Assembly (NCBI GenBank): GCA_963700285.1
Contig: CAVOXA010000010.1
Location: forward strand, 64,001-128,000
DNA: 64,000 nt
DNA from: an uncultured Chloroflexia bacterium
GTDB lineage: Bacteria; Chloroflexota; Anaerolineae; JAAYZQ01
Direction of reading: 5' to 3'
The notes beneath the pieces are model-generated. The model did not search any database, was not told the origin of the DNA, and worked only from the letters and a program-made list of their open reading frames with translations. Made by a program: the position numbers and the translations under genes. Within the stretch, counting starts at the first letter, position 1. Every line of letters starts with the position of its first letter. Shown here piece after piece: positions 9,260 through 19,591 of this stretch.

Positions 9260-10186
9260 ATGCTCAAACCTACACTCGTCGTCCTGGCAGCCGGTATCGG
9301 TAGCCGCTATGGTGGCTTGAAGCAGATCGATCCCATCGGCCCCAGCGGCGAGATCATCCTCGACTACTCGATCTACGACGCCTTGAGGGCAGGGTTTGGC
9401 CGGGTTGTCTTTGTCATATCGGCCGCCATAGAGAAGGCGTTCCGGGACCGGGTGGGCCGGACCATCGAAGAACAATGTGAAACCACCTATGTAATCCAGA
9501 GACTGGAGGATCTGCCGCATGGGTTCCAGGTTCCGCCTGGAAGACAGAAACCGTGGGGCACCGCGCACGCGACGTGGACGTGCCGCGACGCAGTCAAGAC
9601 CCCCTTTGCCGTGATCAATGCCGACGATTTCTACGGTCGCTCCGCCTATCGGGCCCTGAGCTACCATCTTGGGAAGGCACAAGATCCGGCTGCAATGCCC
9701 GATTACTGCATGGTCGGCTATCTGTTGGAGAACACATTGACAGAGTACGGCCACGTCGCACGTGGCGTATGCACCGTGGACGAGGCTGGCTATCTCGTCG
9801 AGGTCCACGAGCGGACCCGGATAGAGAGGTTTGGCGAGACGGCCAGATATGCGGACGGCAGCGGAGATTGGATCGAGATACCCCTGAACAGCGATGTCTC
9901 CATGAACTGCTGGGGGTTCACCCCCAGCCTCTTTTCTGAGCTGGAGGCCCATTTCCCGCCGTTTGTCCGCGAGAACTCGCAGGACATCCAGAAGGCCGAG
10001 TTCTTTCTTCCCCAAGTTGTCGGACAGCTTGTCCAAGAAGGCAAGGCCAGGGTCAGGGTTCTGCCGTCCGGCGACAAGTGGTTCGGGGTCACCTACCAGC
10101 AGGACATGGCCTGGGTAAGACACGAGGTACGGGCGTTGATCCACCGTGGCGTCTATCCAGAAGTGCTGTGGGAACAAGGCGATTGA
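9260..10186 (+). CDS. Nucleotidyltransferase (NTP transferase family)
   Basis: VVLAAGIGSRYGGLKQID, KPWGTAHA, VINADDFYG; GAGG RBS before ATG 9260. Confidence 0.85.
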   Translation: MLKPTLVVLAAGIGSRYGGLKQIDPIGPSGEIILDYSIYDALRAGFGRVVFVISAAIEKAFRDRVGRTIEEQCETTYVIQRLEDLPHGFQVPPGRQKPWGTAHATWTCRDAVKTPFAVINADDFYGRSAYRALSYHLGKAQDPAAMPDYCMVGYLLENTLTEYGHVARGVCTVDEAGYLVEVHERTRIERFGETARYADGSGDWIEIPLNSDVSMNCWGFTPSLFSELEAHFPPFVRENSQDIQKAEFFLPQVVGQLVQEGKARVRVLPSGDKWFGVTYQQDMAWVRHEVRALIHRGVYPEVLWEQGD

Positions 10187-10257
10187 ACCCTGGCAGTTTA
10201 TGAACCCCTGGCACGTTTTGGTTGGGTGTGCCACCAGATTGAAGTGAGGAGTGACAG

Positions 10258-10767
10258 ATGGATATTGAACGTCTGACATCACAGATGGCCGGCAGTGCAG
10301 CCAGGATCAGCGCGATGGTGCAGAATGTCTCGGACCAACAGGCCCGCTGGCGGCCAGATCCAGACAGCTGGTCGATCCTTGAAGTGATCAATCATTTGTG
10401 GGATGAAGAGCGGGAGGATTTCCGCGTCCGCATCGACTACACACTCCATCGTCCGGGTGAGCCCTGGCCAGGGATTGATCCCGGAGGCTGGGTAACAGAA
10501 CGCAGGTACAACGAACGGGGCCTGGGAGCATCGCTGGATGGATTCCTCTCTGCCCGAGAAGCATCCCTGGCCTGGCTCCGCCAGCTTGCCGGACCCAATT
10601 GGGAACTGACCTACCAAGCTCCCTGGGGGCCAATTAGGGCTGGCGACGTTTTTGCGTCCTGGGTGGCCCACGATCTCCTGCACACCCGCCAGATCATCGA
10701 GCTGCACTGGCTCTACACGACGGACCACTTGAAACCATATCGCACAGAATATGCTGGCGAATGGTAG
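10258..10767 (+). CDS. DinB family protein
   Basis: WSILEVINHL.DEE and AHDLLH metal-ligand motifs. Confidence 0.85.
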   Translation: MDIERLTSQMAGSAARISAMVQNVSDQQARWRPDPDSWSILEVINHLWDEEREDFRVRIDYTLHRPGEPWPGIDPGGWVTERRYNERGLGASLDGFLSAREASLAWLRQLAGPNWELTYQAPWGPIRAGDVFASWVAHDLLHTRQIIELHWLYTTDHLKPYRTEYAGEW

Positions 10768-10960
10768 ACCAGAGTTTGTAGCCTCAACCGCTCGCTGGCC
10801 CGTACCAAACTCTGTTCCAGCCGTTGTACGACGCCGCAACTTGTGAGTATACAGAGCTGCCAGTACCTTGCGTCTATCGTCAGAAAATCTGACGATAGAC
10901 GCTTGTGATATCTGGAACCGTCTTTCTCGATCCCCTCAGGCTCATGGCCTTCAATCCCAC

Positions 10961-10989
10961 TTGACTTTATCGAATTTACATGATATGAT
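10961..10989 (+). promoter_or_regulatory. Sigma70-type promoter
   Basis: TTGACT (10961-10966), 17 bp, TATGAT (10984-10989), TG extension. Confidence 0.6.
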
Positions 10990-11083
10990 TAAGTTAAAAC
11001 AGAATGTGCTAGCAGGGCAGAACATCATAGACGATGCACTCCAAGAAACGACCCGGCTAGTGCCACGTCAAAGGAGAGACACC

Positions 11084-11380
11084 ATGAGTACGGACAAGCA
11101 ATGTAGCCATGCGGACCAGATAAGACTCGTCGCCATACAGGACAATGTACAGGGCTGTGAGGACTGTCTCAAGATCGGCGGCACATGGGTTCACCTGCGC
11201 ATGTGCCTGACCTGCGGGCACATAGGCTGCTGTAACTCGTCGCCAAATCGCCATGCCCGCAAGCACTGGAAAACGACAGGACACCCCATCATCCAGTCCC
11301 TGGAACCAGGTGAGGACTGGGTCTGGTGCCAGGTCGATGAGACATACCTGAGGGAGCTTCCGCCACTGGCAACCCCATGA
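11084..11380 (+). CDS. Stand-alone UBP-type zinc finger protein
   Basis: CSH...CEDC...WVHLRMCLTCGHIGCC.SS..RHA.KH...GHP...S.EPGE.W.WC; AAGGAG RBS. Confidence 0.85.
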   Translation: MSTDKQCSHADQIRLVAIQDNVQGCEDCLKIGGTWVHLRMCLTCGHIGCCNSSPNRHARKHWKTTGHPIIQSLEPGEDWVWCQVDETYLRELPPLATP

Positions 11381-11551
11381 CATGAGATGGCGTGAGCTAC
11401 GGATTCACTTTCAGTCGGGATAGTGGGGCCGACATGGTCCTCCAAAGCGGATCAGCATCGGGCTGTGCCAGCCATGGCTTGTGGTTGTGATGGGCTTTTT
11501 CTGGCGCTTTTTCCACAACTTCCACTGCCTGATACGACTGGCTCGCCGCCA

Positions 11552-11580
11552 TTGACAGCCGTGCCCACCTGCATTATACT
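11552..11580 (+). promoter_or_regulatory. Near-consensus sigma70 promoter
   Basis: TTGACA (11552-11557), 17 bp, TATACT (11575-11580). Confidence 0.65.
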
Positions 11581-11859
11581 GTATCGGCGCACCCATGGAC
11601 GACACCGAGCAGAAGCAGAAACTCAAGCAAACCTTCGCCTGCCGGCGGTGCAATTTCCAGGGAGATACCCAAAGCTGTAATGTGCTGCGTAAGACTCGTA
11701 TGGTATCGTGGTACCAGGCTGGTTGCATGCCGTCCATGAGAAGGGAGCGGACCAGATGCTGATGCCCACTTCCTACTCAAATTCAGTCTCTGTCGGGACG
11801 CGACCGCGTCGCTGCCAGCATGAACCTTGACTCTAGACGTTTTGCATTGAGGTGAACCT

Positions 11860-14370
11860 ATGAGTGACAACGGGGAACAGAAAGAAACAGTGCGGGTCCA
11901 GCGCCGGCGGCGTACCACGTCTTCGGGAACCGAAGGCCGGAAAAGAGCGGAGGCGCCCAGCCGGAGACGATCGAGCGACGAGGGCAAGAACGCGCCTCCG
12001 CCCCAAAGACCCACTGGAACGAGCAGCAGCCAGAGGCCCACAGGGCCGCGGCCCTCAGGCGGACTGTCCCTCGGCCGCGGGCGCATGTCGCCGGTGATGT
12101 TGATCGGCCTGGCGGTCATTCTGTGCATCTGCCTGGCGGGCTACGTCTTGCTCTCAGGGGGAGGGGACTCGGAGCAGGCAGCCTACAATCCGCCAGCCAC
12201 AGAATCTTCTTCATCGGCTTCAACGCTCCCGGAGAGACCCACATCGACCCCGATGCCCACCGTACCCCAATCACCTACGACACCTCCTGAGCCCTTCAAC
12301 CCTCCGTCAACTACCACGGAAGGGCAGTCCTGGCTGGTAATGTTCTACCAGGATGCTGACGACAAGATCCTGGAGGAGGACATCTATGTAGACCTGAACG
12401 AGGCCGAGCGAGTTGGCTCCAGCGACCGCGTGCACCTCGTGACCCAGCTCGATCGCTATCGGGCCGGATACCGCGGCGACGGTGATTGGTCCTCTACCAA
12501 ACGTTTCTACATCACGCAGGACAATGACCTACAGCGAGTAAACTCCCAGCAAGTGGCGGATCTGGGCGAAGCAAATATGTCCGACGGTCAGACACTGGTT
12601 GACTTTGTCACCTGGGCCGTCGATACCTTTCCCGCTGACAAACACGTCCTGATTCTGTCCGACCACGGCATGGGCTGGCCGGGCGGTTGGAGCGATCCTG
12701 CCCCGGGCGGCACGGCAGACCGCAGCATCCCCCTTTCGTCCGCGGTCGGCGATGAGCTATTCTTGATGGAGTTGGATGAGGCCCTGGGAGAGATCCGGGA
12801 CCAGACCGGCATCGAGCAGTTCGAGATGATCGGCCTGGACGCTTGTTTGATGGGCCAACTGGAAGTCTTTGACGCGCTGGCGCCCCACGCCCGCTATGCT
12901 GTAGCCTCGGAGGAGACAGAGCCCGCCCTGGGTTGGGCCTACACGGGATTCCTGGAGGAACTCGGGCGAAATCCCGACATGGACGGCGCAGAACTGAGCC
13001 GGCTGATCGTCGAAAGCTACATCCAGGACGACCAGCGCATCGTGGACGATCAGGCCCGGGCTGACCTGCTCAAGCAGGGCTCGCCCTTGGGCGGGCTTTT
13101 TGGCGCTCCGACAGCCGCGCAGGTAGCACGGCAAATGGAGCAGAGCAGTACGCTGACAGCCGTCGACCTGGCAGCCATACCGCAGTTGATGGACAGCGTG
13201 AACAGTCTATCCTTCAGCCTGCAGCAGGCGAATCAGCAGGCTGTGGCCCGTGCCCGCACGTACGCCCAGTCCTTCACCAGCGTATTCGGCCGGGAGATCC
13301 CACCCTCCTACATAGACCTGGGCAGTTTTGCCCAGTTGCTCAAGAGGGAAAGCGGCGACAGCGGTATAGCGCAAGCGGCCGACCAGGTCTTGGCCTCATT
13401 AGAGAATACAGTCCTTGCTGAGAAGCATGGCCCCAAGAAGGCCGGCGCCACTGGTGTCTCTATCTACTTTCCCAATTCCCAGCTATATCGCTCGCCCGTC
13501 ACAGGGCCCCAATCCTATACCGTCGTCGCGGACCGCTTTGCCAGCGAGTCGTTGTGGGACGATTTCCTGGCCTACCACTATACCGGCCGGACCTTTGAGC
13601 GGGCGACCGGCACCGTGGCTGTCCCTGATCGGGGCGCGACTGTCACCGCGCCGGGGGCTGGCCAAATCAAGGCCTCGCCCATCAGCCTCTCCGGTGATGT
13701 GGCTGCCCCTGGCCAGCCGGTTCTCCTGAGTACCGACATCAGCGGTGAAAACATTGGCTACGTCCGGCTCTTTGTTGGCTTTTACGACCAGGCCTCGAAC
13801 GCTATCTTTGTCGCTGATAGGGACTACCTGGAGAGCGCCGACACCCGCGAGATCGACGGTGTATACTACCCGGTCTGGCCCGATGACGGCGAATTCACCA
13901 TGGAGTTCGAATGGGAGCCCATCGTGTTTGCCATCAATGACGGCGTGGACTCTGTAGTAGCGCTGTTCACACCGCAGAGCTATGGCGCCTCCTTTAAGGA
14001 TGCCGTCTATACCGTGGACGGCACCTATACCTATGTCGACGGGGAATCCCGCTACGCCCGCCTCTACTTTAGCGATGGCCAGCTTCGCCAGGTCTTTGGC
14101 TTTACCGGCGAGGGCGGGACGGGCGCTCCCCGTGAGATTCTCCCACAGACCGGGGACACTTTCACCATCCTGGAAAAGTGGATGGATCTGGACCAAAACG
14201 GCAAGGTGACCAAGGTGGCCACGCAAGAAGGGGGCACCCTGACCTTTGGCGACCAAATGTTTACCTGGGAGGACCTGGACGCGGCACCGGGCGACTATAT
14301 CGTCGGTTTTGCGGTCGAAGACCTAGATGGCAATGCCGTTGAGGTGTATGAGAGGGTACAGGTCCAATAG
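11860..14370 (+). CDS. Membrane-anchored clostripain-related cysteine peptidase (C11 family)
   Basis: W.VM.Y.DAD, LILSDHG.GW (His), GLDACLM (Cys), ASEETEP; N-terminal TM plus Pro/Thr/Ser linker. Confidence 0.85.
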   Translation: MSDNGEQKETVRVQRRRRTTSSGTEGRKRAEAPSRRRSSDEGKNAPPPQRPTGTSSSQRPTGPRPSGGLSLGRGRMSPVMLIGLAVILCICLAGYVLLSGGGDSEQAAYNPPATESSSSASTLPERPTSTPMPTVPQSPTTPPEPFNPPSTTTEGQSWLVMFYQDADDKILEEDIYVDLNEAERVGSSDRVHLVTQLDRYRAGYRGDGDWSSTKRFYITQDNDLQRVNSQQVADLGEANMSDGQTLVDFVTWAVDTFPADKHVLILSDHGMGWPGGWSDPAPGGTADRSIPLSSAVGDELFLMELDEALGEIRDQTGIEQFEMIGLDACLMGQLEVFDALAPHARYAVASEETEPALGWAYTGFLEELGRNPDMDGAELSRLIVESYIQDDQRIVDDQARADLLKQGSPLGGLFGAPTAAQVARQMEQSSTLTAVDLAAIPQLMDSVNSLSFSLQQANQQAVARARTYAQSFTSVFGREIPPSYIDLGSFAQLLKRESGDSGIAQAADQVLASLENTVLAEKHGPKKAGATGVSIYFPNSQLYRSPVTGPQSYTVVADRFASESLWDDFLAYHYTGRTFERATGTVAVPDRGATVTAPGAGQIKASPISLSGDVAAPGQPVLLSTDISGENIGYVRLFVGFYDQASNAIFVADRDYLESADTREIDGVYYPVWPDDGEFTMEFEWEPIVFAINDGVDSVVALFTPQSYGASFKDAVYTVDGTYTYVDGESRYARLYFSDGQLRQVFGFTGEGGTGAPREILPQTGDTFTILEKWMDLDQNGKVTKVATQEGGTLTFGDQMFTWEDLDAAPGDYIVGFAVEDLDGNAVEVYERVQVQ

Positions 14371-14398
14371 CCCCAAATTGCCCAAGCGAGAACGAGCA

Positions 14399-14426
14399 AA
14401 AAGGCAGGCTGATCAGCCTGCCTTTT
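14399..14426. terminator. Perfect 28-bp palindrome, probable bidirectional terminator
   Basis: AAAAGGCAGGCTGA TCAGCCTGCCTTTT just after the peptidase stop. Confidence 0.7.
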
Positions 14427-14592
14427 CGCATAGGGCCTCGATGCGGCCCATCATCCGAGTTCTGGAAAAGTCGGTTTCCACGCGCCTGCGACCCTGGCAG
14501 CCCATGGTCACCGCCAGAGGAAGATCGTCCAGCAGCCTGGATACGGCCCCGGCCCAGGCGGCTGGTTCGCCGGGGGGTACGAGAAAGCCTGA

Positions 14593-15519
14593 CTGGACCG
14601 AGCGCAATTCGGGCGAGCGGCCATCGAAAATACCGTCTTTGGCCGGGTCACGCCCCAACAGGAGTGGCAGGTGGTCAACGCCCTGCGCGAACAGGGCGAG
14701 GCGGTCGCCGTGTTCGGTGATGGGGTGAACGACTTGCCTGCCATGCGGCAAGCCCAACTCTCCATCACGCGGAAGAGCAGCAGTCCGGCAGCGCTGAGCG
14801 TGGCCGACATCATCCTGCTCGAGGATTCGTCACATGCCTTGTTGCGCGTTCTTGACAGGGGACAACGTATTGCCAACAGCCTGCTCGACGTCCTCAAACT
14901 CTACCTGAACCAGGTTGGCTACCTGCTATTGCTCATCCTGGCCATCTGGGGACTGGACCATGGGTTCCCCAACCAGTCGAAACAGGGCACTCTGATCACC
15001 ATCGCCTCCGTCATCCTCCCTTCGCTGGCGCTGGTACTGTGGGCGCCGGCCGGGGTGGTACCGCGGGCCCATCTCGGCTGGCTGCTGGCCAGGTTTGTGA
15101 TTCCCTCGGCCGTGACGATCAGTGCCGCGACGGCGTCAGTCTATCGCCTCTTCCTGCTCACGACAGGTGATGTGGCCTACGCCCAACTGACGGTCACGTA
15201 CACGCTAGCCATCTCGGGCCTGGTGCTGGTCATTCTGCTCCGCCCTCCCCTCCGGGGTCTCTTGCTGGTGGGCATGGGCAACAGCGAACGAAGTGGTGAC
15301 TGGCGCCCCACGGCGATGGTCCTGGTGTTGATGGCACTCGTCATTTTCGCTGCCTGGATCCCGCTGGCGGATGATCTCGTCGGTCTCAGGCCGCTTCAGC
15401 AGGCCAGGGACTATGCGGTTGTGGGCTTGGCGGTCCTGGCTTGGGCATCCGCAGCGGTTCTTCTGTGGTGGCTGAGACCACTGGAGTGGCTGGGGCGACG
15501 GTTTGGCGGCCAGATTTAG
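14593..15519 (+). pseudogene. C-terminal fragment of a cation-transporting P-type ATPase (CtpE-like)
   Basis: VFGRVTPQQ and GDGVND.PA hinge plus C-terminal TMs. No DKTGT or actuator domain; in-frame TGA at 14590-14592. Confidence 0.75.
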
Positions 15520-15667
15520 TCTCAGCGAACCAGTTCGTGCCGTTCTGACAGACTATCTGACTGGATCCGTCCATTGCCCCGAGGGGGTCACACCGTCTGG
15601 TGAAGCTACTTCCTATGATCGAGCCTGAGTTCTTGAGCAGGTAGCGGATTCGTGGTAAAATGTCTGC

Positions 15668-16798
15668 ATGACCGAGACTTTTGACCTGGTCGTATTCTGG
15701 CTCATCGTGGCAGCCCGCTTTCTGGTGCCGCTCCTGATCCCACGCTACCCGCTGCCCGGGATCCTGGCCGCGCTGGTCATCGACGCCGTCGACCAGACCA
15801 TCTTTCAGCAGTTCACGGACCTGCCCCTGGACGGATACCAGGGCTATGACAAGGCACTGGATATTTACTACCTGACCATCGCCTACATTTCAACACTGCG
15901 CAACTGGTCCAACCGTTTCGCTTTTCAGGTCAGCCGCTTCCTGTTCTACTGGCGCCTGGCTGGTGTGGCACTCTTTGAGCTGACCCAACTGCGGCCGTTG
16001 CTGCTGATCTTTCCCAACACCTTTGAGTACTTTTTCATCTTTTACGAGACCTACCGCCTGCGCTGGGCTCCAAGGCAAATGACAAAGCGGCTCGTGATCG
16101 GCGCCGCGGTCTTGATCTGGATCGTTCTCAAGCTGCCACAGGAATATTGGATCCACATTGCCCAGCTTGACACGACCGACTTTATCAAGGAGAATATACT
16201 TGGCGCTTCGCTGGACACGCCGTGGAGCGAGATCCTGGCCGCCAACCTCTGGATGATTCCGGTGGCCATCGTCGTAGCAGCCTTGGCCGTTGTCCTGTCG
16301 CGGTGGCTTGTCCGCCGCCTGCCGCCCGCTGACCGCGAGCTGGAGTTCTCTGCCGACGCACACCAGCCGGCATTCAGCGAAAGGCAAGCACGCAACGCAT
16401 TGGCCGAGGAGGCGCGCAGCATCGTGGACGCCGCACTCTTTGAAAAGATCGCCCTGGTGTCGCTGGTGAGTCTCATCTTTGCCCAGGTGCTGCCCGACGT
16501 GCAGGCCAGTAGCCTTCAGCTCGCCATCGGCGTGGCGGTCATCGTCACGATCAACACCGCGCTGGGCCACTGGCTGGCCCGACACGGGTATGGTCGGGTA
16601 CCCGCACTGCGGCATTTCATCGTGATGGGACTGGTCAACGCGGGCCTGTTCCTGGTATTTGCCCTGCTCCTGCCCAACCTGGGTGGGGCCATCAACTTTG
16701 GAAGTGCGCTGTTCTTTGTACTCCTCTTGACGCTGATCGTGACGCTGTTCGACCGCTACCGGCAAGTCTATCTGATGCGTTTTGCGCCGGACAGATGA
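15668..16798 (+). CDS. Uncharacterised integral membrane protein
   Basis: 376-aa hydrophobic ORF with normal codon usage; DAVDQ and YQGYDKALD acidic motifs. Confidence 0.7.
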   Translation: MTETFDLVVFWLIVAARFLVPLLIPRYPLPGILAALVIDAVDQTIFQQFTDLPLDGYQGYDKALDIYYLTIAYISTLRNWSNRFAFQVSRFLFYWRLAGVALFELTQLRPLLLIFPNTFEYFFIFYETYRLRWAPRQMTKRLVIGAAVLIWIVLKLPQEYWIHIAQLDTTDFIKENILGASLDTPWSEILAANLWMIPVAIVVAALAVVLSRWLVRRLPPADRELEFSADAHQPAFSERQARNALAEEARSIVDAALFEKIALVSLVSLIFAQVLPDVQASSLQLAIGVAVIVTINTALGHWLARHGYGRVPALRHFIVMGLVNAGLFLVFALLLPNLGGAINFGSALFFVLLLTLIVTLFDRYRQVYLMRFAPDR

Positions 16799-16802
16799 CG
16801 AC

Positions 16803-18188
16803 ATGACACAGATTCCATCGCCACCTCGCATCCATGTGCTGGCCAAGCCGACAGGCGCGGCCTGCAACCTGGCCTGCGCCTACTGCTTCTTCCTGGACAA
16901 AGAACTGCTATATCCAGACAGCAAGTTGCGCATGAGCGACAAGGTGCTGGAGGCCTACATCCGGCAGCTCATTGAGTCCCACCGGACGCAGCAGGTGACG
17001 GTCGCCTGGCAGGGTGGGGAGCCGACCTTGATGGGGCTGGAGTTCTATCAAAGAGCGATAAAACTCCAGGAACAATACGCTCGGCCAGGCATGGTTTTCG
17101 AAAACACCATGCAGACGAATGGCACGCTGCTGGATGATGAATGGTGCGCGTTCTTCAAAGAGAACGATTACCTCATCGGTATCAGTATTGACGGGCCGCC
17201 CCACCTGCACGACACTTACCGCATGGACAAAGGAGGCGGCCCGACCTTCGACCGGGTAATGCGCGGGCTGCGGCTGCTGCAAAAACACGGCGTCCAGTAC
17301 AACATCCTGGTGGCCGTCAACCGGACCAACGCCGACTATCCACTGGAGGTCTATCGCTTTCTGCGCGATCAGGCCCAGACGACGTGGATCCAGTTGATCC
17401 CGGTGGTGGAGCGCGTCGATGACTTGGGCCACACGATCTACCAGAGGGGTACCCGCATCTCCGGGCGCTCAGTGAGAGCTGAGCAATGGGGACGATTTCT
17501 GATCCAGATCTTTGACGAGTGGGTGCGCCATGACGTGGGCCGGGTCTACGTCCAGACCTTTGAGGCCGCCGTGCGCAACTGGCTGCGAATGCCCACCTCG
17601 GGCATGTGTGTTTTCGAGGAAACCTGCGGCCTGGGCCTGGCCTTGGAGCACAACGGCGACCTGTATGCTTGCGACCACTTTGTCGAGCCCGACTACTTGT
17701 TGGGCAACATCATAGACACCCACATGCTGGAGATGGTTTCCTCGGGGAGGCAGCGCCAGTTCGGCCTGGACAAACGTGACAGTCTACCGCGCTATTGCCG
17801 CGAGTGCGAGGTACTTTTTGCCTGCCACGGCGAGTGTCCCAAGAACCGGTTCATGACCACGCCCGATGGAGAACCAGGCCTCAACCACCTGTGCGCCGGT
17901 TGGAAGGCGTTCTTTCACCGGGCCAATGAGCCCATACAGATGATGGCTACACTGATGCGCATGGGTCGCCCGGCCTCAGATGTGATGCCCGTCATGACTG
18001 AGAAGGAGGGTGAATGGAAAAGATCTCTGGCTAGAGCCAGACACAGCGATCCCTGCCCCTGCCGCAGCGAACTCGAGTTTGCTCAATGCCACGGCTGGAG
18101 AGCGCCGGAGCGTGGTCAGAAGCGCCGTGGGAGAGGTGCCCAGCGCCTGCGCCCGCCAGTGCGTACGAATTCCGCGGAGCAAGGATGA
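16803..18188 (+). CDS. Anaerobic sulfatase maturase (radical SAM/SPASM) with degenerate SEC-C tail
   Basis: KPTGAACNLACAYC, WQGGEPTL, QTNG, YACDHFV, SPASM cysteines, DPCPC......CHG. Confidence 0.92.
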   Translation: MTQIPSPPRIHVLAKPTGAACNLACAYCFFLDKELLYPDSKLRMSDKVLEAYIRQLIESHRTQQVTVAWQGGEPTLMGLEFYQRAIKLQEQYARPGMVFENTMQTNGTLLDDEWCAFFKENDYLIGISIDGPPHLHDTYRMDKGGGPTFDRVMRGLRLLQKHGVQYNILVAVNRTNADYPLEVYRFLRDQAQTTWIQLIPVVERVDDLGHTIYQRGTRISGRSVRAEQWGRFLIQIFDEWVRHDVGRVYVQTFEAAVRNWLRMPTSGMCVFEETCGLGLALEHNGDLYACDHFVEPDYLLGNIIDTHMLEMVSSGRQRQFGLDKRDSLPRYCRECEVLFACHGECPKNRFMTTPDGEPGLNHLCAGWKAFFHRANEPIQMMATLMRMGRPASDVMPVMTEKEGEWKRSLARARHSDPCPCRSELEFAQCHGWRAPERGQKRRGRGAQRLRPPVRTNSAEQG

Positions 18189-18317
18189 CGACAGAAGAAT
18201 GACCAACGTCCAGATCTTTGTCGACCGTCCATCGCCTGTGGTCAATCGCCTATTAGCCGCATTCACTCGGGGTCGGCGTAAAGACGCCATCCCTAACAAC
18301 CCAAGGGAGGTGGGATA

Positions 18318-18602
18318 ATGCCTAACGGGAAACCCAATATCCTGATTCTGTGGGGAGACGATATCGGCTGGTACAATATCAGCCACAACAACCGGGGCGC
18401 GATGGGCTACGAGACGCCCAACATCGACCGCGTCGCCCGGTGGGTGCTCGATCACATTCCCGCCATCTATGCCGCCCAGGGATTGACCGCGGAGCAGATC
18501 CAGTCCTTTGCGGAATTTCCGCCGCGCCAGAAACCGGCGTCTTTTAACCTGGATAGCCTGATGGAAAAGATGCAGCAAGCCACGGACGGCAGCATGCACT
18601 AG
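18318..18602 (+). pseudogene. Arylsulfatase remnant (N- and C-termini fused, core deleted)
   Basis: [14 protein letters not shown]...TPNIDRVA fused to ...[16 protein letters not shown]; no CxxxR signature; 94 aa. Confidence 0.8.
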
Positions 18603-18860
18603 CGCCTGTTCAGGTCTGGCGGAGGCCGGAATCACACTCTGGCTCGCGGCCTTGAATCCGGAGCCATTTCGCATCATAGAGCGGTCCGCGCTGGGAGCGA
18701 CGCTGCGTCATGAGCGCATGTTCTTCAACCTGGAGCAGGCGGTTGAGGCCTTTGTCACAGGGCAGGCGCCAGGCAGGGCCCAAGAAGCAGATCAGATATG
18801 GTAATCGGTTCTTGTCCCCGCTGGACGGGGCTGAACAAACCAAAGGAGGAAGTGGTAACA

Positions 18861-19502
18861 ATGACAGATCATACGGATGGTACAGAAATCAAGACAGTAA
18901 AAGTCGTCGGGTTCGGACTCAGGGCGGCAGCGTTCGTGATCGACATGGCCTTTGTTTGGTTCCTGGGCATGATGCTGGGCGTCGCCGTGGGTCTCGTAGG
19001 CACGCTGCTCACCATGTATACCGCAGATGGGCCGGCGCCACTTGACAGGCTGATCATTATTAGTGGGCTGATCTTCTCCGTCGCCTACTATCTGATCGGC
19101 TGGACCAAATCGGGCCAGACCGTGGGCAAGATGGCGCTCGGCATCAAGATCGTCGGCGCTGATGGCCAACCGCCCTCTGGGGGCAAGGCCGTGCTGCGCT
19201 ATCTGGGCTACATCCTGAACGCGATCTTGCTGTCCATTGGTTTCCTGTGGGCGGCTTTCGATCGGAAGCGACAGGGCTGGCACGACAAGATCGCCGGTAC
19301 CTACGTGATCTATACCGATGAAGAGTTCTCTGACATAGCCGAGGTCAACCTGCAGCCCGCTGACAGCGCGCCTAGTTGGCTATGGATCGTGCTGTGGATC
19401 GTTTTGGTTCTGACCGCGCCCACCGTATTGGCATCAACGATATTGGGCCTAGGTCCCTACGTAGCGCAGCTCCTTATCAATCTGGTGGGCGGTGGGGGAT
19501 AG
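18861..19502 (+). CDS. RDD family membrane protein
   Basis: R..A..ID, GQTVGKMALGIKIV, RQGWHDKIAGTYV. Confidence 0.9.
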   Translation: MTDHTDGTEIKTVKVVGFGLRAAAFVIDMAFVWFLGMMLGVAVGLVGTLLTMYTADGPAPLDRLIIISGLIFSVAYYLIGWTKSGQTVGKMALGIKIVGADGQPPSGGKAVLRYLGYILNAILLSIGFLWAAFDRKRQGWHDKIAGTYVIYTDEEFSDIAEVNLQPADSAPSWLWIVLWIVLVLTAPTVLASTILGLGPYVAQLLINLVGGGG

Positions 19503-19591
19503 GCAGCCACACACGCAGGTCGGAACACAAACCCACTGGCGCCCCAGTTCTGTGAGGGCGCCAGCACTGTGCAAACAGGAAGGATGCAACC

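Noticed and set aside
9044-10282. Long antisense ORFs (this 412-aa one, also 15890..16867 and 53833..54786)
   Set aside because: Shadow frames opposite well-supported genes, expected in GC-rich DNA.
11084-11380. UBP zinc finger plus HDAC genes as an HDAC6-like split system
   Set aside because: The genes are 8.5 kb and 38 kb apart, not co-operonic, and stand-alone bacterial UBP fingers are common.
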